Positions 54,001 to 64,000 of a DNA stretch of 64,000 nucleotides are shown in pieces. Within the stretch, counting starts at the first letter, position 1. Every line of letters starts with the position of its first letter. The position numbers were made by a program, and so were the translations under genes. The stretch comes from Octopus sinensis (lineage: Eukaryota), in the NCBI RefSeq assembly GCF_006345805.1, contig NC_043007.1, forward strand, positions 64,604,001 to 64,668,000, written 5' to 3'. Under the pieces are notes generated by a model, which worked only from the letters and a program-made list of their open reading frames with translations, was not told the origin of the DNA and searched no databases.

Positions 54001-54416
54001 AATTAGCTCAGTACGATCCACTTGATGTGCCAATCTAATTGCAAGAATGGTTGAATGTAAAAGATTTGAAAAGGTAGGTCATCATCAGAAAAACTTTTAC
54101 TGTCATATGGAAATGTCAAAAGAATACATGATGTATACTGAGCGACATAGTTTGTCTGTAAAGGCCACAAAAATGACCACCACCAGAGTATAGGACTTCC
54201 TGTTCTTGGTGAAATATACCAATGATAAAGGTTAGGGATCAATCGAATGAAACTGTAGTCTGTGATTGTAATCCTTATTTCTCAATTTTTCTTTCACACA
54301 CACACACACACACATACATATAATGGTAGAAAGAAAGTGTGAAAGAACAAACAATAGATAAATAGATTGTTGTTATTTCAGTAAAAAAAAAAAGAAAATT
54401 GAATAACATTACATAC

Positions 54417-54477
54417 CCTGCGCCTGAAGCATTTCCACATACGAGAGTGTTTCCATAATAATCTTCACCCCAATTTT
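54417..54477 (-). CDS. para: Nav1 small exon, DI extracellular turret
   Basis: tttttctattcag|AA AAT TGG... to ...GCA GG|gtatgt; 61 nt; (E)NWGEDYYGNTLVCGNASGA(G) with the conserved CGNxS(G/D)AG motif; phase 1 in, phase 2 out. Confidence 0.95.
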
Positions 54478-56274
54478 CTGAATAGAAAAATGTAAAATTA
54501 AGTAACTGAAGGAAAATAAACAATGGGTCCAATTAAAGCATCTTTAGAAATACATAAATATATCAAATGTCTGTGTTTTTGAAATATATATACAGTATAT
54601 TTTTGTAGTACATTTATTCTGGAAATGTTTCTCTACATGTTAAAGATAATATTTTCTTTTCTAAACATACAGATAAAATCATTTAATGAGTAGATTGCAA
54701 GTATTTCAGATCTACAGAAAGAAAGAAGATAGTGCATATTTTCTAAAGTAATAAAAAATTTACAATATTGTTAAAGTTTGTAAATTTTGATAATTTCAAA
54801 TTTTGTTGGAAAACATGAGTGTTGAGGTTCTGATCATTAGTTATTGGCAAGTTTCCTCAGACTCTGATTTTATTTGTTATTTACAAGTATTTATTAAATA
54901 ATTAGGTGAATGAAATTTTGGTCTCATAGTTCAAGAGCTTGTATGTGGTTACTTAAATGTTGTAATCTGTTCAAGATAAGACAATACAAATATCTGGTTC
55001 AAATAACTGACAACAGAGGAAGAAATGAAACAGATTGACAGTGATGTAGTGTTCAACTAATATATAACTGATGAATAGTTTGGTAATTTTTAATACTAAA
55101 CTGAATCCTTCTTTTACACAAGAATAATTGAAACTATGATGAAAAGAGAGAAAATTAACAAAATAGAGTTACTACTTGCCATGAATTGATATAGAATTGT
55201 GGTAGCCATTTAAAACATATGCACATCATTATATTCACTTTTGCTTTATTTTATAATACCATGCTATGAATGAATTAACAGCTAAGGTTTTCAATGTAAA
55301 ATGATATTTAATATTATGAGCACTATTTTGAAACAGAAAAGAGTAATAAACTCACAGACATTGACCAATAGTATTTTTTCTGTCTTAATGCTTGTGGTAT
55401 TTAATGCCATTTTAGTATTATACATTAAGCTTTTATCACAGTTTTTATATACTCTTATGACCTGGTCACTGATATTCTATTCTAGAGTATGTATTAGAAG
55501 TCATTCGTTGGTCAGATCCTGACAGGCCATGGAGGAGGTTTGTTTATTTTTTATATTCTTCTATTCCTTTATTTTCTGTCTCATTACCTATTGACAAACA
55601 TACACTTTATAGTATTATAGCAAAGCATATCATTGACTTGGCCATAGATGCACAATGAAAGATTTGATAATTAATAATACATAAAGCTATTACAAAATAA
55701 AAGGGAGTGAGAGTATCAATGTGTTTTAAATAGCGACATAGCTCTATATGAAGCAAGTGTTTCAGTTTCAATACAAGATCTCTAAAACAAATCCTTCGTT
55801 AAACAAGTACTTCACAATTAATTTTGTTATAAAATTCAATAATCTAATACATTGTAATGCTAAACAATTAAGTTATAGTGTAAGTTTTTTAAGTTTCCAA
55901 ACATTTTCAGTAAGATTACAATATTTCAGACTGGATTCAAATCCAGCTTGTTACGATCCAATAATAAAAAACCTGATAAGTGGAGATCTAATTGAAATAT
56001 ATTGTAGAAATATTGTTGATAAAAATACTGAAAATTGCTTCATCTTTAAAAGATGGGGTTAATTATCTGAAAAATTATCTTGTTAACAGCAAGTAATCTC
56101 AGATGTTTAGGCATTTAATTTTCGCTAAACTTAAGTTTCTGTTTGATATGACATGAAACTAATCACTTTCGCTATCATATCACAATGTTGCATGAGACTA
56201 ATGTATTTTCCCCTTTTAGATAGCACTCAAAAAATAGATGAATCAGTCTCAAATATAAACAGGCATATTGCAAG

Positions 56275-56440
56275 CAGAGCTGTCTTAGCAGCATTATAGA
56301 CCTCTGGGCAAATCAATATACAGGGCCCTATAATATTTATTTACTGACAAGGCAAAGCATAACTGGACCAAAATTGGGCTGCTAGACCTGTGGGGACCCT
56401 GGGCAATTGCCCAATGTGCTCATGCCTTAAAACTGCACTG
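56275..56440. mobile_element. hAT-type MITE (166 bp)
   Basis: Termini cagagctgtctt / aaaactgcactg; flanking 8-mers attgcaag and actgcaag (7/8 match), consistent with an 8-bp hAT target-site duplication. Confidence 0.7.
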
Positions 56441-56746
56441 ACTGCAAGTAGTCATTTCTTCCACAGTATGAATTGATCTTGGTGTATCAAGCCAATGAAT
56501 TATTTGTCAAGTTACAGAAGTGAATTATATCTCAATATACCTATTTAGATTTGTGTAAATTTAATAATTGAGAGTTAGGCATCTTGGACACAAATTCATG
56601 CATTATTAGTGAAACAATCTGAACTGTGGACCAATCAAGTGGTTGTTTGGTACTGACTGATTTGATCATCCATTTTCTCAGATACACCAGTAGAGAGGAG
56701 AAAAATAAAATAAAAAAGTGCAGTATGTATTTTATGTTCCTCTTAC

Positions 56747-56950
56747 CTTTATTTAAAACATGTTCCATCCACTCTTCATCTGTGATATTTTCATTATCGA
56801 CAATATCTCTAATACACTTGCTACGTAATGTTCCTTGGTAGAGTTGCATACCAATTAGTGCAAAGATGGACAACATGAAGCACGTAAGTATCATTACATC
56901 TCTTAACCGTCTGACGGCTTCTAATAAGGCACCCACGATTGTTTTTAAAC
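56747..56950 (-). CDS. para: Nav1 exon encoding DI S4-S5 linker, S5 and start of extracellular turret
   Basis: gtgttcacag|GT TTA AAA... to ...AAT AAA G|gtaaga; 204 nt; (G)[67 protein letters not shown]. Confidence 0.98.
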
Positions 56951-57169
56951 CTGTGAACACAAATAAATAAGCAAATTAGTAATTTGTACAAAGCATTTCT
57001 ATTTTACCTTATCTACTTGTCACCACTGAAGAAGAATAGAAATGAACAAAAGGTAAACAACAAAGAAAACAAAAATTATTGCTAGAAATTTAAGCTAGAA
57101 ATGAATAGGAATATAAGCCCCCATCTCAACAGAGTAAAATGATAGCACTCTAAATGTAGGCACATAGAA

Positions 57170-59707
57170 AGGTAGGTCTAGCGAGATTGTAGAGATGCTT
57201 GAACGGAGAGTGTTGATGTATGTTGCGTACAAGAGGTAAGATGGGGAGGAGCTTCAGCCAGAGTCCTCAAAGGCAAAGCACATAGGTATAAACTCTTCAG
57301 GGTAGGTAATAGTGATGGAATAGGGGGTGTGGGCATACTTCTTGCAGAGAAATGGGTGGATAAGGTCATAGAGGTAGTGAGGGTGTGCGATCGAGTACTT
57401 AAACTCAGGCTAATCTTGCAGAATGGTATAGCTACAATTATCTCTGCCTATGCCCCACAAACAGGTCTACCAAATGAATAGAAGGATCACTTTTATGATA
57501 TTTTTCTGCAGGCTACTTTAAAGATGAGTTACAATGATCTCATCTTTGTGGCTGGAGATTTTAATGGGCATGTCGGACAGCAATCTGGTATCTTCCAAGG
57601 TGTACATGGGGGCCATGAAGTTGGTACCAGAAATGAAGAGGGAACTAGGTTCCTGGAGTTCTGCAATGCAAATAACCTATTGATCTGCAACACCAACTTC
57701 AGGAAGCCAGCTAGCCACCTGATAACCTATCAATCAGGTGACTCTGCTAGACAGATTGATTTCATCCTCACCAGATAGCGGGATACATTCCCTGGTGAAG
57801 AATGCACCCCACAACATAGAATAGTTATTAGTGACTTTAGACTTTTGGCCAGAAGGATGCCAAAAAGCAGACCAAACTGGAAAAGGACTTGTAAGCTTAG
57901 GAACACTTCATATAGTCAGAGATTTAGGGATATCCTTACCGAGAAATTTGATAATAGGGAGGAGGAGCTACAGTCCTGTGACATAGAAAGCAGCTGGGAA
58001 TTCCTGCAAGACAGCTTGCTGAGTGCCACAGACCAAATCTGTGGTTGGTGCAATGTCCCTTCCAGACCTAGGGTAACATAGTGGTGGAACAATTCTGCAG
58101 ACAGGGCCATTAGAGGAAAGAAACAGGCTTGGAATGCCTGGTAGCAGGAAAATGTATCAGATAGCCAAAAGGAAAGCTAAGAGACAGGTATATATAGCCA
58201 AGGGAGTAGCAGGAAAGAAGTTTGCCAATGTTCAGCGATATGAGGATCAAAGACCTGAAGTATTTCGGATTGCAAGATAGTGTGTGAGAGAAAACAGTGA
58301 TGTCATAGGAGAGAAATGTGTCCGCATGGATGATGGTGCCCTTGCATTTAATGATTCTGCAAAGAAAGAGGTTTGGAGAAGCCATTATGAAAGACTGCTG
58401 AATGTGGAGAATGAATGGGAGGAGGAGAGTCTGCCAAAGGTTGACCCAATTGAGGAACCAGCTATCCGAATCAACAGTACTCAGGTAGATAAAGCAATTA
58501 AGGATATGAAGACAGGGAAAGCACCTGGCCCATCAGGAATCACTGCTGAGATGCTTAAAATATCAGGCGGTGTGGGTTATGGTCTTGTCACCCGCATCAT
58601 AAATCAGGTAGTTAGTGAAGGAGTCATACCAAATGACTGGTGTCGCAGCACCATAGTCAACTGCTACAAGGGGAAAGATGATGCTTTAGATAGAAATAAC
58701 TACAGGGGTATCAAATTATTGGATCAGGTGATGAAAGTTACAGAGAGAGTCATAGCCCAACTAATTAGGGAGAGAGTTAGCCTAGATGAGATGCAGTTCG
58801 GTTTTGTGCCAGGCAGAAGCACCACTAATGCTATATTTCTGGTAAAGCAACTGCAGTTGAAGTACCTAGCCAAAGATAAACCTCTGTACTTGGCTTTTGT
58901 TGACTTGGAGAAAGCCTTTGACAGGGTCCCCCCGATCCCTTATCTGGTGGTCTCTGCAGAAACTGGGGATACACCAGTGGCTGGTAAGAGCTGTACAAGC
59001 CCTGTACAAGCCCTGTACAGGGATGCTGTCAGTATGGTGAGGGTTGGCAATGAGTATAGTGAAGAATTCCGAGTAGAAGTAGGGGTTCACCAAGGATCAG
59101 TCCTCAGCCCCCTCTTATTCATCATAGTCCGCCAGGCAATAATAGAGGAATCCAAGACAGGTTGCCCCCGGGAGCTCCTCTATGCTGATGATCTTGCTTT
59201 AATAGCTGAGTCACTGCCAGAACTGGAGACGAAATTTAGGGTGTGAAAGCAAGGTCTAGAATGAAAGAGCCTTAGGGTAAACCTAGCAAAATCATAAGTC
59301 TTAGTAAGTAAGAAGGCTGTCAAATCACAACCTGCTTCAGATAGATAGCTCTGCTCAATCTGTAGAAAAGGTGTGGGTAGAAACTCCATACGATGGACAC
59401 ATAAAAGGTGCAGCAATATCAAAGGAAGGTTAACCAGGAAAATAGTTTTTGTGTGTGGTAGATGCACTGGGGCAATAAACACTGAAGACATACAGAAAAA
59501 AGATTCCATCACATGTCGGGGAAGAAACTAGAAGTAGTTAATAGCTTACACTACCTAGGTGACCAAGTCTGTAGTGGGGATGGCTGCGTTGAGAGTGTAG
59601 TGACTAGAGTAAGAATAGCATGGGCAAAGTTCAGGGAGCTCCTACCTCTGCTGGCAACTAAGTGCCTCTCGCTCAGGGTGAAAGGTAGACTGTATGATGC
59701 ATGTGTG
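57170..59707 (+). mobile_element. RTE-clade LINE relic (APE endonuclease plus RT), 3'-truncated
   Basis: GVGILL, SAYAPQ and VAGDFNGHVG endonuclease motifs (57330-57580); ORF 58284-59246 with GKAPGPSGI, NYRGIKLL, QFGF.PGRSTT, FVDLEKAFD, GVHQGS and YADDL; same family as 23059-25102. Confidence 0.95.
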
Positions 59708-59815
59708 CCACCACGTGGCACTTTGGGTAAGTGTCTTCTGCTATAGCCCTGAGCCGACCGAAGCTTTGTGATGGAGTTTGTTAGGCGGGAGTTACTGCCG
59801 TGTATGTGTGTGTGT
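59708..59815 (+). mobile_element. SINE body fragment joined to the truncated RTE
   Basis: ctttgggtaagtgtcttctgctatagccctgagccgacc matches the SINE body at 27171-27594. Confidence 0.7.
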
Positions 59816-59830
59816 AGGTGCTTGTGCCTC

Positions 59831-59875
<45 letters not shown>

Positions 59876-60102
59876 TTTACATATTTATGCATAAATGTAT
59901 TCACATATTTAGATTTATAGAATGTATTAAATCTTATCATGTCATATACATATAAAGAAACTACATCAATCAAAATACACATATATTTACAAAGGGCATG
60001 TATATCAACTCTAACTCAATCTTCATGACTTCAGTACATTCACATATATGGAAAAAGATGGTTTAAAGGGAGGTGGGTTGATATTCAATGAGGTTCACAT
60101 AC

Positions 60103-60194
60103 CTGGAATCACTGCGACAGTTTTTAGGGCTCGAAGTACCCTGAATGTTCGTAAAGCTGATAGATTACCCAGATCAACTACTTCTGTCAAGTAT
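60103..60194 (-). CDS. para: Nav1 exon encoding DI S3-S4 voltage sensor
   Basis: ...tttttatttag|A TAC TTG... to ...ATT CCA G|gtatgt; 92 nt; [30 protein letters not shown](G) with R/K at every third position; phases match both neighbours; same length as the homologous vertebrate exon. Confidence 0.98.
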
Positions 60195-60284
60195 CTAAAT
60201 AAAAAAATATAGATACCTTTAAATTATAGTTATAAATATAATCCATTGTCGATTGTCATTATAATACACACACACACACACACA

Positions 60285-61192
60285 CAATAAGTATCCAGAT
60301 TGTTACTGATCAATAAGTACCCAGATTGTTACTATAGTAATGAAGCTAAAGCATGGAGAGTGAAGCCACTTGGTACAGACTGACTGTGAACTCTGTTGTG
60401 CATGTTCACTAAGTTTTAATGCTTCAGCTCACTTCTGCTGTTTACAGCAGTGTTTGGAAGGAAGGTGTGTAGCATGTAATTGTTGCATTGACCATGACAG
60501 AGAAAGTTGAGCAGAAAAGCATCAAATTTTGCCAAAAGCTTGATGATGCCGCCTCAGAGGTCTATGCAAAGTTTCCAAGAAGTTTTCATCATTCTCAACA
60601 CAATCAAGGAGATCTTGTGCAACTGAAACCTGACTGTCCTTTTGGTCGGCTGAAAGCAATTTTGGCACAAACTTGGCAGACACATCTCACGTCCAAATCT
60701 TCAGTGATGATAGATTAAACTGAGCCATAACTAATCTGCACATCCTCTGATAACTCAAAGATGGTGACTTGATGATTTTCCCCTCATAGCTGCACACACA
60801 TCAGCAATGTTTCTCTCAGTTCCACTGGTTGTGTTTCTCCCAGAACATTCATCAATATCAACATTTTTTTGGCCATCTTGACGATGTCTGAACCACTTGT
60901 ACACTTGTGTGTGGCCCATACACTCCTCTCCATATACTTCCTGCAACTTTGTGTAGGCCTCTGAACAGTTATCACCATGAAAACTTTCTCTGTCATGGTC
61001 AATGCGACAATCACACGCTTCACACCTTCCTTCCAAGCACTGTTGTAAACAGCGGAAGTGAGTTAGAATGTTTAAATTTAATGTGCATGCACAGCAAAGT
61101 TCAAGGTCAATCTGTGTCAAGCAGCTTCACTCTGCATGCTTTAGCTACGTTACTATGGCAACAATCCGAATACTTATTGATCAGGCCTCGTG
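60285..61192. mobile_element. Foldback composite of two mariner 5' ends in converging orientation
   Basis: Plus part (about 60285-60570) reads 5' TIR then MTEKVEQKSIKFC; minus part (about 60570-61192) reads 5' TIR (cacgaggcctgatcaataagta), then HTH-like GDNCSEAYTKLQEVYGEECMGHTQVYKWF; about 220 bp of reverse-complementary arms. Confidence 0.8.
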
Positions 61193-61391
61193 TATATATA
61201 TATATATGTATCACATACATCTATGTACATCTAATGTATCTCATGTCTATGACTGTATCTATATAAGTATGTATCTCTATCTAGGTATCTACCCATATAT
61301 GTATTGTTACACTGTTATTTACATTTATATTTCATATTTATATGTATTTATGTACATGCACACAGCATACACATATGTATGTATTTATGTC

Positions 61392-61597
61392 TCATCATCA
61401 TAATCATTTAATGTACATTTTCTATGCTGGTATGGGTTAGATGGTTTAACAGAATCTGGCAAGCTGCAGGGCTATGCCAAGTTCCAGTGTCAGCTGTGGT
61501 ATATTTTCTACAGTTGGATGTTCTTCCTAAAACCAACCACTTTACAGTCTGTACTGGGTGCTTTTTTTGTGCTACCAGCACTAGTGATGTTGCCAAG
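61392..61597 (-). mobile_element. Diverged RTE 3'-end fragment
   Basis: catcatcataatcatttaatgtacattttctatgctggtatgggttagatgg...ggatgttcttcctaaaaccaaccac parallels 1559-1735. Confidence 0.65.
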
Positions 61598-61679
61598 TAA
61601 CTACTAAAACAGAAAAGGGAAATTTCCTCATGATTAAGAGGAGTGGGGGTAGATTTAAGAAAGAAATATTGGTGTTGAC

Positions 61680-62330
61680 ACCCCTATGGTAACTTGGATT
61701 AATATTAGAGAATATACTTCTGCTCATCTAAAAAAGGTGTAGATGTCTCCAATTTAGCATTTAGATACACCCCAGACATAAAGGAACTTCCAAGTATCCT
61801 TTAACTAAACGGTCTGCTTCTTTTGCTGCTATTACTGTAAAACTATATTTCTCCAACAGTTTCCATTTGATGTTGTAATCTTCAACCTTTTTCAACTGCT
61901 GTATATGCTTGGCCGGTGTAGTGATTTATGCTTGTTGTAACTCTTGAAGGTGTGGTTGTGTAGATATTTCTTGAAAGCTCTAGGTCAATTTGATGCATTG
62001 TTTCGCCCTCTGGTTTTGAGTTCTACCTCATATACAATAGCGTCTTTGTTACAGAGACCATTGAGCAAACTAGTGATGATATTCCCACAAAAATAATTAA
62101 TTTAAGAACTAGGGTGGGCTTATGCAAAAGCACACTTCTCATGTTGACTTTGGATTGGAAAAACTTTACATGTGTGTCTATTGAATAGCTTACTGTACTT
62201 GTGTATGCAAGGAAAATATTTATCAACTAACTTTAGGAAGGCCTACCTACGAGAGGTTTAATATTTAGAGAGAAAGTGGGTGTAAAGCAAATAACTTTGT
62301 GGTACTGTTGTCTTTTAGGTGAGCTTAGGC
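61680..62330 (-). mobile_element. Penelope-like element relic (RT C-terminus and GIY-YIG region)
   Basis: FTPTFSLNIKPLVGR / FLKLVDKYFPCIHKYSKLFNRHTCKV, then LNGLCNKDAIVYEVEL...FKKYLHNHT, matching PLE FNPPFS.NV..NIG..FL.L.DKHFP....L.KIFNR and C.LNG.C....IVY...FK.R..NH patterns; frameshifted. Confidence 0.7.
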
Positions 62331-63097
62331 TGAATGTATAAGTGATCTTCAGTTTATATATATTTGTTCATGCATCATTATGCATAGCTGGATGGTTTTG
62401 TATTTGAATTGCCAGAATAGTTTTCTGTTTTACAGTTAGATATTATTTCCAGTATCAAAGACTAAAAATGTAAAGCTGGCTATATTCAGCTCATCAATTG
62501 GCATGGTTTTAAAACATCAAGTCTTGGATCAATAATTCAGCTCAAATCTGGAGCTTAACTCAATTTCCAAAATGTCAAGTGTTGGGAGTAACATTTCCTC
62601 TTAGATAAATAGCTAGTCCAATTCTGCTTTCTTACTCAGAGATAGGCTTCAGCCCCAACAATTAAAAATTGTGAGTAATCAACTGTGGCATTACATTCAA
62701 TTAGTTCAATGCACTAAAACTGTCAAACCTGCCAATTTTGTTAACCTGATATTTATTTGAATATAAGGGATGAGACACAAAGTTAAGCTCAGTGGAATTT
62801 GAACTATAGAAAGTTAAATTCCAAACAAGTCAGCAAATACTGACAGTAATTTTTTATCTCTCAAAAAAAGAAAAAAGACAAAAAAACCTTTTTTCTGTGC
62901 TAGAAGAAATTAAATTAATGCATACACAAAAATAAATATATAAAAGAAACAAGGCAATTTTGCTTCCTCTGAAAATAGATTTGCTTTAAAAAATATTTAT
63001 TTGATATTTTATAATATCACAGCCTATTGTAGCATAAATGAATTATTTAAATCAAAAATATAAAAGAAAAAAAGCATCTTTTTAAAAAATGACTTAC

Positions 63098-63226
63098 GCT
63101 AAACCAATGACTACGAAATCCAACCAATTCCAGGCATCTCTGAGGTATGTAAAGGGTTCTAAGATAAATCCTCGGGCAAACAATTTTATTAATGCCTCAC
63201 ATGTGTAGATTCCGGTAAATACATAT
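63098..63226 (-). CDS. para: Voltage-gated sodium channel alpha subunit (Nav1/para-type), exon encoding DI S2-S3
   Basis: Minus strand: ...tttttctag|A TAT GTA TTT... to ...GGT TTA GC|gtaagt; 129 nt; translates (E)[42 protein letters not shown](A), with the classic Nav LRDxWNWLDF motif. Not in the ORF track. Confidence 0.97.
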
Positions 63227-64000
63227 CTAGAAAAATTCAACAAAAGAATATATGATTATTTTGTTAAAGAATAAAAGATTTCAGAATATTAGAGAAATGA
63301 AAATCCAATGATTAGAGTCAACGATTTTTATAATGAAAGTAAAAGAAAACCAATTTCTGCTTGTAGGCAAAGCAGATATAATATACACTCTTAATATCTC
63401 TTTATAATTGCATTGTTTTTATCTTTTCTAAAAATTTCAGTTTGTAGCAGTGGATAATATTTCAATAACAGAAAAAATTCAGAAAGTTTTGGAAGGATTT
63501 GATATGGAACTTGTGAATCATTCAACTGCTATGTGAAACTTTAATTGACACCTTTATTTCCTGTTGCTTTTTATTTACTGTACAGAAAAAAAAAAGAAAA
63601 AGAAAAAAAACTAGTGCTTGAGCTTAAATATTTTTTTATAATATAACATAAGATTACACATTGTCATTTGAACATTCAATTTGTTCACACATTTTTGTTT
63701 CTTATCTCAGAAGACATACTTTTACTGTTTGGCACCTTTACTACCTCAAACCCCTTAATCTATTTCTAATTAAACAGAATGGGACATGTGAACATAATTT
63801 GTAAATATAGTTTAGAATTCAGTAAGAGATCTGGATTGAGGAATAAAAATAGGATGAGAGATAAAATAACTGTCAATTTCTTGGGCCCCAAGTGGCCAAC
63901 TGTTTTCCTTATTCTTTAAGCTTGCTCTATGTAAATGAGTGACTATAGAAAAAGATGAACATTAAAAGTTAGGATACTGGTTTCACAAACTAAGGCAATA

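Overview
AT-rich, microsatellite-dense animal genomic DNA; the repeat landscape suggests an octopus (inference). The window holds the domain I and early I-II loop part of a para/Nav1-type voltage-gated sodium channel alpha-subunit gene on the minus strand. Seven GT-AG exons (63098-63226, 60103-60194, 56747-56950, 54417-54477, 48833-48977, 44607-44771, 13470-13682) splice in frame. None is reported as a clean ORF in the supplied track, and three of them (63098, 60103, 48833) are absent from it. The introns are filled with decayed retroelements (RTE, CR1, R4-like, L1/Tx1-like, Penelope-like), tRNA-derived SINEs, Tc1/mariner elements, MITEs and simple repeats. The most unusual signal is a series of four separate long inverted-repeat (foldback) structures in the introns flanking the 13.5-kb exon (10.4-12.0, 18.4-19.3, 19.36-19.72 and 27.68-28.44 kb). 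Each arm carries a type I minimal hammerhead-ribozyme motif (CUGANGA...GAAA-palindrome-UH). Two cores are intact, one of them on the channel's sense strand. All analysis was by eye; no database searches or folding were run.
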